DNA of 64,000 bases from an uncultured Bacillales bacterium (lineage in GTDB: Bacteria; Bacillota_I; Bacilli_A; RFN20; CAG-826), in the NCBI GenBank assembly GCA_946414655.1, contig CAMKPL010000002.1, forward strand, positions 616-64,615, read 5' to 3'. Position numbers and translations under genes: made by a program. Positions 18,679 through 32,811 of this stretch are shown here, piece after piece. Numbering within the stretch: position 1 is the stretch's first letter; each line of letters starts with the position of its first letter. Below the pieces are notes generated by a model. It saw only the letters and a list, made by a program, of their open reading frames with translations, was not told where the DNA came from and ran no database searches.

Positions 18679-18841
18679 CGGGATTCCTCCTTAAAAAATC
18701 ACGCTAATTATTTTAAATGAAAATAAATATCTATTCAAGCGCTTACATACGCATGTTTTAATATTTTCTCTTTACGAGATTATATAATTTAAATAAAATT
18801 ATAGCGTATTTGTTAAATTTAAGAAAAAGGAGACTGATTAG

Positions 18842-20047
18842 ATGAATTCTAAAGCAATGGTTTACATTCAATCCGGTGGTCCAACAAGTGTTATTAACAC
18901 TTCTTTATATGGTGCAATCAAGGAAGCTCAAAAGCATCCTGAGATTTCCCATATCTATGGTTCACTTAACGGCATTGAAGGACTTCTGAACGATCGAATT
19001 ATTGATTTTGGTAAAGAAGATCCAGAACAAATTGAACTCTTAAAACAAACTCCAGGATCAATTCTTGGCACTTCTCGTCACAAACTTCCAAAAGACTTCC
19101 ATGATGAAGAATATTCCAAGATTTTAGAGACCTGTCAAAAGCATAATATTGGTTACGTTTTTGTTAATGGTGGAAACGACTCCATGGATACTTGTTATAA
19201 ACTTTCTTTACTATGTAAAGAGAAAGGTTTAGATATCAAGGTTATGGGTGTTCCAAAAACTGTTGATAACGACCTGGCAATTACCGATCATTCGCTTGGA
19301 TTTGGTAGTGCTGCAAAATATGTTGTTAACACTGTCAAAGAAATCATTCTTGACGCCGTTTGTTATGCGAAAGGCAAAGTCTATATTATTGAAGTAATGG
19401 GACGTAATGCTGGCTGGTTAACAGCTGCTGTGGACCTTCTTCCTGAAGAAGCTCGTCCAGATTTGATTTATCTTCCAGAAAACAAATTCGATATGGAAGG
19501 TTTCTTAAAGAAAGTTGATGCTCTTTACAAGAAGAAAGGCAATGCGATTGTCTGTATCTCGGAAGGTATAACCTTCGAAAGAGACACTTCAAATGCGCGT
19601 ATTGACTCTTTTGGACACATGCAACTTGGTGGTGCTGGAGCTGATTTAGCCAAGATTGTTGAAAACAAACTAGGTTACCCAATCCGTGCCATTGAACTCT
19701 CCTTACCACAACGCGCTTATTCATTCTTAACAAGTAAAGTTGACTCTGATGAAGCAGTAATGTGTGGGACAATCGCTGTCCAAAAAGCCCTTGAAGGCAT
19801 GACTGGACACATGATTGCGATTAAAAGAGTTTCTAACAAGCCTTACAAAGTAAGTTATGAACCAGTCGATATCTCTTTAATCGCTAATGTGGAGCAGAAA
19901 GTTCCAACATCAATGATGGTTGATGATTCTAAAATGGCCCCATCATTCCGTGAATACTGCTTACCTCTTATTCAAGGTGAGATTCCAGTTCAAATGGAAA
20001 ACGGAATCATTAAATCATGCGTTCTTAAACGTGTGCTTGTGAAATAA
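18842..20047 (+). CDS. pfk: 6-phosphofructokinase (PFK-A family), possibly pyrophosphate-dependent
   Basis: VYIQSGGPTSVIN and VFVNGGNDS (the GGDGS-equivalent motif carrying Asp at the position diagnostic for PPi-PFKs), then MGVPKTVDNDL; 401 aa. Confidence 0.75.
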   Translation: MNSKAMVYIQSGGPTSVINTSLYGAIKEAQKHPEISHIYGSLNGIEGLLNDRIIDFGKEDPEQIELLKQTPGSILGTSRHKLPKDFHDEEYSKILETCQKHNIGYVFVNGGNDSMDTCYKLSLLCKEKGLDIKVMGVPKTVDNDLAITDHSLGFGSAAKYVVNTVKEIILDAVCYAKGKVYIIEVMGRNAGWLTAAVDLLPEEARPDLIYLPENKFDMEGFLKKVDALYKKKGNAIVCISEGITFERDTSNARIDSFGHMQLGGAGADLAKIVENKLGYPIRAIELSLPQRAYSFLTSKVDSDEAVMCGTIAVQKALEGMTGHMIAIKRVSNKPYKVSYEPVDISLIANVEQKVPTSMMVDDSKMAPSFREYCLPLIQGEIPVQMENGIIKSCVLKRVLVK

Positions 20048-20092
20048 TTAAAATACACAAAAAAGTCAGTCCTTTGGATTGACTTTTTCTTT

Positions 20093-20536
20093 TTGCGTTC
20101 GTATTATATGCGTATGAAAAAGTTCTTATCGAACAAAAGCCAGTTGGCGCGACTGGTCATTTCTACGTTAGCCTTAGGCTTAATCTTAATGATTTTATCA
20201 TGCATCGGCATTATTTTCGGTCAGTTTGGTTGGCTGATTGGAGTTTCTATTGGAACTCTTGTTTCACTTGTAAACGTTGTGCTTTTGTTCAAGGGAAGTA
20301 GCTTTGTTTTAAATGCTTCAAAAGCATCGCTTTTTCTTCTTTTTTATTTTCTAAGAATGCTTCTTTATGTTGGTTTTACTGTTTTGTTAGCATTCCTTGA
20401 TTTTAAACTTCATCTATCTGCTTTTGCCTATTCAGTCTTTGGACTTTTAATTGCGTATCTTCCAACGGTGATCATTGTTTGTGTTGTCATGTCTAAGGAA
20501 GGTAAAAATTTAATGAACATTGGTGAGCTCAAATAA
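20093..20536 (+). CDS. atpI: ATP synthase protein I-like small membrane protein
   Basis: Hydrophobic 4-TM protein immediately upstream of atpB. The ORF-track start is TTG; the real start is probably ATG at 20108 or 20114. Confidence 0.45.
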   Translation: MRSYYMRMKKFLSNKSQLARLVISTLALGLILMILSCIGIIFGQFGWLIGVSIGTLVSLVNVVLLFKGSSFVLNASKASLFLLFYFLRMLLYVGFTVLLAFLDFKLHLSAFAYSVFGLLIAYLPTVIIVCVVMSKEGKNLMNIGELK

Positions 20537-21297
20537 TGCCTTATAATTCCGAGTCTTTTAAAACATTTAATCCAACCGGTGAGATCATTATGGCCCTCAT
20601 CTTGATTGGTGTTTTAATTGTCTTTGCAATTATCATTGGTATTCTTGCTAAAAAAGCCGATTTCAAAAAGAAATCAAAAGGTTTACTGCTTCTTGCGGAA
20701 TGGGCTGTTGAGAAACTTGATGCTTTTACAAAGGACACGATGGGCCCAGGCTTTGATAACTTTGGCGGGATTCTTTTAGGTATCATCCCATTTCTTTTCC
20801 TTTCGTTTACGATCGGTATTACTGGTTTACCAACTCCGATGGCTAATTTAGCTGTGCCTTTATCACTAGCTTTAGTGACTTTTATTTTAATTCATTACAC
20901 ATCTATTCGTTATACAAAATGGCGCTATTTTAAACGCTATATTGACCCAATTCCAATCTTTGCTCCAATCAACTTGTTATCGATGTGGGCACCACTCATC
21001 TCGATGACTCTTCGTATGTTTGGCAATGCGATTGTTGGATGGGTTTTAATTTCTTTGATTAATAGTTTGCTTGGAAATATTTCAGCAGCGATTTTCTCGT
21101 TTGCTCCAGCCGGTCTAAATTCGATCTTTATTAGTCCGATTATTACACCGGTTTTCCACGCTTACTTTGACCTTGTCTCTGGATTCATCCAGAGCATGGT
21201 CTTTGTCTTCTTGACGTGTCTATTTGTTGCTCAAGAACGTCCAGAAGAAGTTGAACAAGAAGTAGCTTTAGCTACTAGAAAGGAGATGAATGCATGA
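20536..21297 (+). CDS. atpB: F0F1 ATP synthase subunit a
   Basis: Polytopic membrane protein with the LRMFGN(A) motif, first gene of the atp gene string. Confidence 0.8.
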   Translation: MPYNSESFKTFNPTGEIIMALILIGVLIVFAIIIGILAKKADFKKKSKGLLLLAEWAVEKLDAFTKDTMGPGFDNFGGILLGIIPFLFLSFTIGITGLPTPMANLAVPLSLALVTFILIHYTSIRYTKWRYFKRYIDPIPIFAPINLLSMWAPLISMTLRMFGNAIVGWVLISLINSLLGNISAAIFSFAPAGLNSIFISPIITPVFHAYFDLVSGFIQSMVFVFLTCLFVAQERPEEVEQEVALATRKEMNA

Positions 21298-21518
21298 AAG
21301 ATCCATTAATTGCTTTAGCTGCTGGCATTGCTATTCTTAGCGCTGGTGCATCAAGTATTGGTGAAGGTATGCTCTGCTCAAAAGCAATCGAAGGAATGTC
21401 TCGTAATCCAGAAATGTATGGAAAACTACGTTCCTCAATGATTATCGGCTGTGCCCTTGTTGAAACTTGCGGTATCTATGCCCTACTTATTTCAATCTTG
21501 TTACTTTTCGTTTTCTAA
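21294..21518 (+). CDS. atpE: F0F1 ATP synthase subunit c
   Basis: A 74-aa hairpin proteolipid with the conserved carboxylate in the second helix (LVETCGIYAL). Confidence 0.85.
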   Translation: MKDPLIALAAGIAILSAGASSIGEGMLCSKAIEGMSRNPEMYGKLRSSMIIGCALVETCGIYALLISILLLFVF

Positions 21519-21543
21519 TTCGATTTAAAGAAAGGAGGCACTT

Positions 21544-22085
21544 ATGAAAAACCTTGTCGTTCTAGACGAAGCAATCACTAAAGAAAGCTTTATTGATAAG
21601 TTGTTCCCAAATCCTTGGGATGCTTTAGCGGTCTTTTTAGCATTCGTCGTTCTACTAATTGTTGTTTTCTATTTTGCCTATAAACCAGTCAAAAGACTGA
21701 TTCAGAAACGCGCTGATTATGTGGATGGTAAACTCCGCCACGCTGAACAAAGCGAGAAAGATGCTTTAGCTAAAGTCGAAGAAGCTAATCTTGAGGTTAA
21801 AAAGAGCCATCAAGAAGCTTTAGGTATTGTTGAACAAGCTAAAGCTGACGCTGAAAAAGAAAGAGCGCGGATTAGAAAGCAGGCTAAAGAAGACGCCGAC
21901 CAAGAAGTCAAACGTGCCAAAGTTGAAATCGAACAAGAAATCGAAAAGAGCAAAGATGAAATTCATTCCCAAATCGTGGATGTGGCATTTGATGCATCCA
22001 AGAAAGTGTTGTCTAGGGAAGTAAAAGATGAAGACAACGAAAAACTAATCGATCAATTTATTGAAGATTTGAAGAAGAAAGAATA

Positions 22086-22086
<1 letters not shown>
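21544..22086 (+). CDS. atpF: F0F1 ATP synthase subunit b
   Basis: Single N-terminal TM followed by a long charged coiled coil (AKEDADQEVKRAKVEIEQEIEKSKDEI). Confidence 0.8.
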
Positions 22087-26379
<4,293 letters not shown>

Positions 26380-26380
<1 letters not shown>

Positions 26381-26775
26381 TGAAATTTCGTTTAGTAATT
26401 GTTTCGCCACGAGGATGCTACCTTGATGAAGAGGTGGAATCTTTAACAATCAAACTTTCTAGTGGATATCGTACAATTCTTGCAAAACACGCTCCACTAA
26501 TTGGCGCGATTGCCTATGCTCCAATGCATATTGTAAAAGATGGTCAAACAATTCACTACGCTCTTCATGGCGGTGCAATCAATGTAACCAATGAAAAAGT
26601 TATCTTAATGGTCAATGCTATTGAACGAAAAGATGAGATCGATATTGAACGTGCTAAACGAGCCAAGGAACGTGCTGAAGGACGACTCAAAAATAAAGAT
26701 AATGGCATTGATATTAAGCGTGCTCAATTAGCTTTATATCGAGCACTGTCACGAATCAATACAGTCAATCAATAG
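26380..26775 (+). CDS. atpC: F0F1 ATP synthase subunit epsilon
   Basis: 131 aa and last gene of the operon; beta-sandwich plus helical hairpin composition. Confidence 0.85.
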
Positions 26776-26784
26776 AATTAAAAA

Positions 26785-26832
26785 AGACCATCAATTCTTG
26801 GTTAAATCACAGAGAATTGAAGGTCTTTTTAT
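26785..26832. terminator. Terminator downstream of the atp operon
   Basis: AGACCATCAATTC...GAATTGAAGGTCTtttttattt. Confidence 0.55.
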
Positions 26833-27500
26833 TTGGTAACTTTGGAAATTTGAATATTAGATAATCCAGGTTTTTGATGGATGAATAGTGGTCCATCCGT
26901 TTCGTTTTTAACAGTTTGATATTTGGTTACTTGATCACCATTTGAAAAGTCTAGTTGGATAAGTGTTGCTTCGTTTAAATTTGCCTTGTTTAATGCAGCA
27001 ACATAATCAACTGTCTCTGATTCAAAATAATAGTTATTTGTTAATGTGATTTTTCTTTTAAGAGTATTTCTTAATCGACTTTCAGAATTGACTTGTTCGT
27101 AAGGAATTTTTTCAATGTTTGTTCCTTGCACAATAAAGAATGATGGGACATATTGGATATCAAAAGCTGGATAAGCAGTGGTAAGAGAAAGAATATCATC
27201 TTTCTTTTGGGGAGTTTCCATGTGAAATGTTAAAACCTTGTTCTCTTCAGCAACTTTTTTTAGTCCGTTTTCAAAAAGGGCACAGGAATCGCATCCTTCT
27301 AAAGAGATATATAAACAGAACGTGTCATTTGCTTTGATGTGGGAATCAATCGTAGTAAATGAATCGTCACGTACAACAAAACTTTCTCTTAACAAGAGAT
27401 CTCCATCCATAAGTGGTTTTGCATCACCATTATATGAGCACCCTGAAAGAGCACAAAGTGGAATGATTAAACTAACAAGAGAACGTTTCTTCATTTTCAA
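26829..27500 (-). CDS. Hypothetical lipoprotein with a CxxC (CDSC) motif
   Basis: Signal peptide with lipobox LCALSGCS; mature domain contains LEGCDSCALFE. Confidence 0.5.
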   Translation of the reverse strand: MKMKKRSLVSLIIPLCALSGCSYNGDAKPLMDGDLLLRESFVVRDDSFTTIDSHIKANDTFCLYISLEGCDSCALFENGLKKVAEENKVLTFHMETPQKKDDILSLTTAYPAFDIQYVPSFFIVQGTNIEKIPYEQVNSESRLRNTLKRKITLTNNYYFESETVDYVAALNKANLNEATLIQLDFSNGDQVTKYQTVKNETDGPLFIHQKPGLSNIQISKVTK

Positions 27501-27525
27501 TCTTTAATATATTAACATATTTAAT

Positions 27526-28026
27526 ATGGTTCATATTATTCTTTATCATCCAGAGATTCCACAAAATACCGGCAACATTTTAAGAACCGCTATGGCAACA
27601 AACTCAATGGTTCATATTATCGGACCGCTTCCTTTTGAACTATCTGATAAGTCTTTAAAAAGAGCTGGGATGGATTATTTAAAGGACGCAAAATATGAAT
27701 ACTATTCTTCTTATGAAGAATTTAATAGTAAATTCAAAGATCAAAAGATTTATTATGTGACCAAATATGGAACGCACTTATATTGTGAAGAACAATTCAC
27801 AAATCCCACCGAAGATGTTTATGTGATGTTTGGTCGAGAATCAACAGGAATTGATAAAACAATTCTAAGTGAACACAAAGACGATACTTTAAGAATCCCA
27901 ATGCTATCAACAGCACGTAGTTTAAACTTATCAAACGCTGTAGCAATCGTTGTCTATGAGGTTTTAAAACAACAAAAATTTCCTGGCCTAGCCAGTTTTG
28001 ACATGATTCATAAATATCGAATTTAA
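27526..28026 (+). CDS. trmL: tRNA (cytidine/uridine-2'-O)-methyltransferase TrmL (SpoU/TrmH family)
   Basis: IILYHPEIPQNTGNILRTAMA and a C-terminal SLNLSNAVAIVVYE; 166 aa. Confidence 0.75.
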   Translation: MVHIILYHPEIPQNTGNILRTAMATNSMVHIIGPLPFELSDKSLKRAGMDYLKDAKYEYYSSYEEFNSKFKDQKIYYVTKYGTHLYCEEQFTNPTEDVYVMFGRESTGIDKTILSEHKDDTLRIPMLSTARSLNLSNAVAIVVYEVLKQQKFPGLASFDMIHKYRI

Positions 28027-29384
28027 TTACAGCGTGTAGCTGTTTTGAACAATTCTATTGAATGTTCGCGGATGTTATTGATCTTGATTGAAGAGTAATT
28101 CTTAACGATTGCTTCACCCAAGGAATGACCTCGGCGAATGTTTTTCTTTCTGGTATATTGAACTTCGCCAGTTTTCATGTTTGAAAGATATAAAGCGAGC
28201 TCACAAGCAAAGAGTAATTGGTCGTCGGTTGGTTTTATTGAAGCAATAACAATGTGAGAACCAGAACGTTCCTTAATGTGAACCCAGGTGAATTGTCGGT
28301 CTTGCTTCATAACAAAACTTAAATAGTCGTTTTGGGAAGAATTTTTCCCGAAGTAAAAGTAGACACCTTGATAGTTAATTCTCCAAGGTTTATTGAATTC
28401 AGTAACGGCGATTTCTCTTTTCTTTTTAAAGGAATATGAAGCTACGATTTTATCAGCCTCTTTTTCGTTTGGAGCATCGTAAAGTTGCTGTAAAATCGAT
28501 TCATACAATTCGATTTCATTTTTGGCTCTTTCGAGGTTAGTTTCGACAAGGCGAATTGTCTCTTTAGCTTTCTTAACTTTTTTGTAGAAAATTTGAATGT
28601 TTTCACTGATGGTTTTTGACCCATCTAGTTGAATAGTTTTTCCGTCTATTTGTACTGATGTTAATCTTTGTTTTAAATTGATACCAGAAATTAGTAAATT
28701 ATCCGCAAATTGCTGGTAATTTTGTTGCAATTCAGCATTCTTTTTATCTTCTTCAATGTGAAGAATTTTGGTTCGACATTTTTTGATTTTACCTTGCAAA
28801 TTAGAGATAAAATCTTGGTACTTTTCTAATCTTCTTTTTTGGATGGAATTTTCGAAAGATTTAACCGCAAAATCTTGGTTAAAAACTATCTCTCCATCAA
28901 AAAGTTTTTCTTGTTTTGGAAGAAGATATTTTGATCCATTTTCTGGTTCACCTTTTTTGCTGTGGTAGAATGAAGCAATGACCTTATTGTGAATGTCAGT
29001 GACTATCAGGTTTGGATGGTTTGGAAAAATCTCAAAATAGAAACACAAATCTTCTTCCGGATTATTTGATGTGGCCATATGAAGCTTAAGAACAAAATCA
29101 TCTTTTTTGAATTCATAGTAAACAATCATAAATTCATTTGAGATTGCTCTTAGTTGCGATGCGAAAACTGAATTTAATGATTCAAAAAATTTTTCGGTTT
29201 TATGTGTATAGAAACAAGGGTTTTTCGTTGATAAGTCCAACGCGATAAACTGACGATTTTTTTCAGTACTAAAAAAGAGCAATGTATCTTTGCTTAAAAC
29301 CACAGGAGAAAAGAACGCTTTTCCTAAGAATAAGTGTTCATTTTCTTTTAGATATTTTTCGATTGAAGCATGAGTGAATCGCAT
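28023..29384 (-). CDS. NFACT-family protein (RqcH/FbpA-like), compact form
   Basis: Central coiled coil and a C-terminal NFACT-R/DUF814-like motif WVHIKERSGSHIVIASIKP. The start is taken at the internal MRF codon, because the ORF-track extension would overlap the gmk start region. Confidence 0.5.
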   Translation of the reverse strand: MRFTHASIEKYLKENEHLFLGKAFFSPVVLSKDTLLFFSTEKNRQFIALDLSTKNPCFYTHKTEKFFESLNSVFASQLRAISNEFMIVYYEFKKDDFVLKLHMATSNNPEEDLCFYFEIFPNHPNLIVTDIHNKVIASFYHSKKGEPENGSKYLLPKQEKLFDGEIVFNQDFAVKSFENSIQKRRLEKYQDFISNLQGKIKKCRTKILHIEEDKKNAELQQNYQQFADNLLISGINLKQRLTSVQIDGKTIQLDGSKTISENIQIFYKKVKKAKETIRLVETNLERAKNEIELYESILQQLYDAPNEKEADKIVASYSFKKKREIAVTEFNKPWRINYQGVYFYFGKNSSQNDYLSFVMKQDRQFTWVHIKERSGSHIVIASIKPTDDQLLFACELALYLSNMKTGEVQYTRKKNIRRGHSLGEAIVKNYSSIKINNIREHSIELFKTATRCN

Positions 29385-29447
29385 ATCTTTCTTATTATAA
29401 AGGAAGATATATTGAAATGTAATCTTGACTTTAATATAATTAAACAC

Positions 29448-30026
29448 ATGAAAAAACGTGGTTTATTAATTATTATGTCCGGCCCAAGTGGTGTCGGCAA
29501 AGGTACAATTCGTGAAGAATTGATGAAGAAAGACGACTTAAATCTTCATTATTCTGTTTCAATGACCACACGCGGGATGCGTCCTGGCGAAGTTAATGGA
29601 AGAGAGTATTACTTTGTAAGTCGTGAAGAATTCGACCGTAATATCGCTAATGATAATCTCTTAGAATGGGCGGAGTTTGTCGGCAATCGTTATGGAACTC
29701 CTCGAGATAAAGTGGAACAAATGCGTAACGAAGGTAAAAACGTCATGCTCGAAATTGAAGTTAATGGTACAGCTCAAGTTTTGAAAAAAGTCCATGATGA
29801 TGGTGTTTTATCAATCTTTATTGCTCCCCCTTCTTTAGAAGAACTTGAAAATAGACTTCGTGGAAGAGGAACAGAAACAGAAGAAGTAATTAAATCGAGG
29901 GTTGCAAAAGCAACTCACGAATTTGGTTTTAAAGACCAATATAAATTTGTTGTCGTAAATGACAAATTAGATAAAGCAGTGGATGAAGTTCGTCAAATCA
30001 TTCTTAATGCGATGAAAGGAGAATAA
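29448..30026 (+). CDS. gmk: Guanylate kinase
   Basis: GLLIIMSGPSGVGKGT P-loop; start taken at the internal ATG (29448). Confidence 0.9.
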   Translation: MKKRGLLIIMSGPSGVGKGTIREELMKKDDLNLHYSVSMTTRGMRPGEVNGREYYFVSREEFDRNIANDNLLEWAEFVGNRYGTPRDKVEQMRNEGKNVMLEIEVNGTAQVLKKVHDDGVLSIFIAPPSLEELENRLRGRGTETEEVIKSRVAKATHEFGFKDQYKFVVVNDKLDKAVDEVRQIILNAMKGE

Positions 30027-30027
30027 C

Positions 30028-30519
30028 ATGGTTACAATCTCAATTTATGGTTTAGACCAATACGTTGTTGGACGTTATTCTAAAGAACACAGTGCAAACA
30101 TTTCCAGCCTTTTAGAGGTGGGTGAAGATGATCTAGTTTTCTATTCTCCAAATGCTTATGTCTTCCATAATGGAGTTGAACAAACAAGTTGGAACACAAT
30201 TGTTAAAGTTAATGCTCCAGAAGAATGTGAAAAACTTGAAGATAAAGTTGCTAATTATTTAATTCAAACTCTAAAAGAGTTTTCAATTCATTTGGTTGTT
30301 GAATTTTCTTATTATCACAAACATCATCGTTATGAATTTGTGAACAAAGAATATCCACGCTACATTTCTGAAGAAAATGTTGTTAATGTCGAAGATGAAG
30401 AATACCAAGAAGGTGATGAAATCTACGAAGGCAACATGTTCGAAGGATTTGAGGAAAAGTATGAAGAAGCACATCACCACTGCGACGGTGAACACTGTGA
30501 CTGTAAGCACAAGCATTAA
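30028..30519 (+). CDS. Hypothetical acidic protein with a His/Cys-rich C-terminal tail
   Basis: 163 aa; acidic C-terminal half ending in EEAHHHCDGEHCDCKHKH; located where rpoZ sits in Bacillus synteny. Confidence 0.5.
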   Translation: MVTISIYGLDQYVVGRYSKEHSANISSLLEVGEDDLVFYSPNAYVFHNGVEQTSWNTIVKVNAPEECEKLEDKVANYLIQTLKEFSIHLVVEFSYYHKHHRYEFVNKEYPRYISEENVVNVEDEEYQEGDEIYEGNMFEGFEEKYEEAHHHCDGEHCDCKHKH

Positions 30520-31778
30520 TGACTGAACTATTGGTTTCTAAAAACGTTTTAAGTGACATTCTCTATGAGAACAAGACTTTCAAACGTTCTTTGAATGACC
30601 AATGTTTTTCTAAAAAAGAATATTCCCAATATAAAAAAGTTGTTTCCGGCCTTGTCGGATGTGAACTTAGACATCATTTTTTATTTAAAAAAGTCTTAGA
30701 CAAATTACACATTGAGTTAACGCTTGACGAGAGAACATATCTTTATCTTGCTTTAGCCAACAATCATTATCTAAAAGCATTAAACATCGGTGAAATTAAC
30801 AAATTCATTGAAGATCTTTTCAAAGAAAAATTCTCAAATGTTAGAGAACTTCTTTCATCAGAATTTTCTTTGTTTGACTATGTCAATATTAATAAAAAAA
30901 GCTTTGATTTTTTATCAATTCGCTTCAATTTACCAAAATGGCTTCTAAAAGCTTGGGTTAAAGAAATTGGTTTATCAAAAACATATCGAGCGATTCATCA
31001 TCTCTCACGCCCATCAAACACAACTTATCGAGTCAATCCATTTAACGAATACGCAAAAGAAGTTTTGAATAAAAACAAAGATGTAGTTTCTAATGAAATT
31101 TTGGAACAAGTTGTTGAAATTCCACGAAAAGTTCTTCAACAAAGACCAGAACTCAAAGGTGAACTACTTTTTGAGATTGATCCAAATTTAAAACGCATTG
31201 TTGATCAAATTCAAAACGCTCTTATCCAAGAAGTCTGCATTTATTCGGATGAAGATGATTCCTTGCCATTAGAAGAACTTGCTCGAAGTCGTAATAACCT
31301 TGGAATCAATGTTGTTTGTCCAACGTATGAAGAAAGAACCAAACTTGTTCGTTCTGTACGTTTACAAAAAGCGAAAAACATTAATGTTTTTAAAGCCAAT
31401 GATGTTTTAACAATGAAGACTGGCATATCTAGAAAAACAGAACTCTTCTATTGCTACCCAAGATCTTCTTCATATGCATTGATTAATAAATACCCTGACT
31501 ACATCGTTCGTTTCCGCAACACGTCAATTGACGCCTTTGTCGAAAATCAAAAGAAAGCTCTTCACGATTGTTCTGAATTTATTTGTGATGGTGGCGATTT
31601 AGTTTACATTGTAAATACCCTGAACCACAAAGAAACAAAAGGCGTTGTCGAAGCATTTTTACAATCCCATCCTTCGTTTGTTTTGGTTAAGGATGAACAA
31701 ATTATTCCTGATAAAAAACTCAACTCATTTTTATACTATGCTGTTTTAAGGTTAAAGAAGAAAAATGTCGAAGATTAA
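30519..31778 (+). CDS. RsmB/Sun-like protein with degenerate methyltransferase motifs
   Basis: NusB-like N-terminus and an RsmB-like C-terminus (FICDGGDLVYIVNTLNHKETKGVVEAFLQSHPSF), but no clear SAM-binding glycine motif or PC catalytic dipeptide. It sits in the synteny slot for rsmB upstream of rlmN. Confidence 0.45.
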   Translation: MTELLVSKNVLSDILYENKTFKRSLNDQCFSKKEYSQYKKVVSGLVGCELRHHFLFKKVLDKLHIELTLDERTYLYLALANNHYLKALNIGEINKFIEDLFKEKFSNVRELLSSEFSLFDYVNINKKSFDFLSIRFNLPKWLLKAWVKEIGLSKTYRAIHHLSRPSNTTYRVNPFNEYAKEVLNKNKDVVSNEILEQVVEIPRKVLQQRPELKGELLFEIDPNLKRIVDQIQNALIQEVCIYSDEDDSLPLEELARSRNNLGINVVCPTYEERTKLVRSVRLQKAKNINVFKANDVLTMKTGISRKTELFYCYPRSSSYALINKYPDYIVRFRNTSIDAFVENQKKALHDCSEFICDGGDLVYIVNTLNHKETKGVVEAFLQSHPSFVLVKDEQIIPDKKLNSFLYYAVLRLKKKNVED

Positions 31779-32811
31779 CTTACTTGGATGTGAAATCTCT
31801 AAATTAGAACAAATGATGATCGAGCGCGGTCAAAAGAAATTCCGTGCTACACAACTTTACACATGGATTTATGAAAAAGAGACTTTGTCTTTTGATGATA
31901 TGAGTGATATTTCACTCCGTTTTCGAGAAGAACTAAATCGCGATTTTACTCTTTCGCTTCCAAAGATTTATAAAAAACAGGAGTCTAAGGACGGAACAAT
32001 CAAACTCTTACTTGAACTGGAAGATGGCGCAAAAGTCGAAACGGCTTTAATGCCATATCGATACGGAAATGCGATTTGTGTTTCTTCCCAGGTTGGATGC
32101 AATATGGCTTGTGCCTTTTGTGCATCCGGTTTGCTTAAAAAGCAAAGAAATCTAGAAACACATGAGATTGTTGGTCAAGTTTATGTCATGAATCAACTTC
32201 TCAAAGAAAAAGGCGAACGTGTGAGCCATGTCGTTGTCATGGGAACAGGTGAACCTTTTGATAACTATGAAAATGTTTTAGATTTTATTCGCATCATTAA
32301 TCATCCAAAAGCTTTTGCGATTGGCGCACGCCATATCACTGTGAGCACCTGCGGACTTGTTCCAGGCATTATGCGATATGCCCATGAAGGAATGCAGACT
32401 AATCTGGCCATCTCTCTTCACGCTCCAAATGATGAAATTCGTAACACATTAATGCCGATTTCAAAAGCTTATCCTTTGGATAAATTAATGGAAGCGGTGA
32501 AGTATTATGAAAAAGAAGCTGACCGCCGTGTCACTTTCGAATACATCATGTTAAAGGATGTGAATGATACCATTGAATGTGCTCGTCAGTTAGTTAAACT
32601 AATTCGTGGAACAAAAGCCTACGTAAATCTAATTCCATATAACCCGGTTGATGAAAATTCTTTTAGAAGAAGTGATGAGGAAAACGTTCATCGATTCTTC
32701 TCATATTTAATGCAGCACGGAATAACAACAACAGTTCGCAAAGAATTCGGAAATGATATTGATGCCGCATGTGGTCAACTACGTGCAAAGGAGCAACATG
32801 AATCACATTAA
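31765..32811 (+). CDS. rlmN: 23S rRNA/tRNA adenine C2-methyltransferase RlmN (radical SAM)
   Basis: CNMACAFCAS radical-SAM cysteine triad; 348 aa. Confidence 0.9.
   Translation: MSKINLLGCEISKLEQMMIERGQKKFRATQLYTWIYEKETLSFDDMSDISLRFREELNRDFTLSLPKIYKKQESKDGTIKLLLELEDGAKVETALMPYRYGNAICVSSQVGCNMACAFCASGLLKKQRNLETHEIVGQVYVMNQLLKEKGERVSHVVVMGTGEPFDNYENVLDFIRIINHPKAFAIGARHITVSTCGLVPGIMRYAHEGMQTNLAISLHAPNDEIRNTLMPISKAYPLDKLMEAVKYYEKEADRRVTFEYIMLKDVNDTIECARQLVKLIRGTKAYVNLIPYNPVDENSFRRSDEENVHRFFSYLMQHGITTTVRKEFGNDIDAACGQLRAKEQHESH

Noticed and set aside
20093-20113. TTG start for the atpI-like ORF at 20093
   Set aside because: The TTG lies inside the pfk terminator/promoter region with no Shine-Dalgarno. 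ATG at 20108 or 20114 is more plausible, so the feature start is given low confidence.
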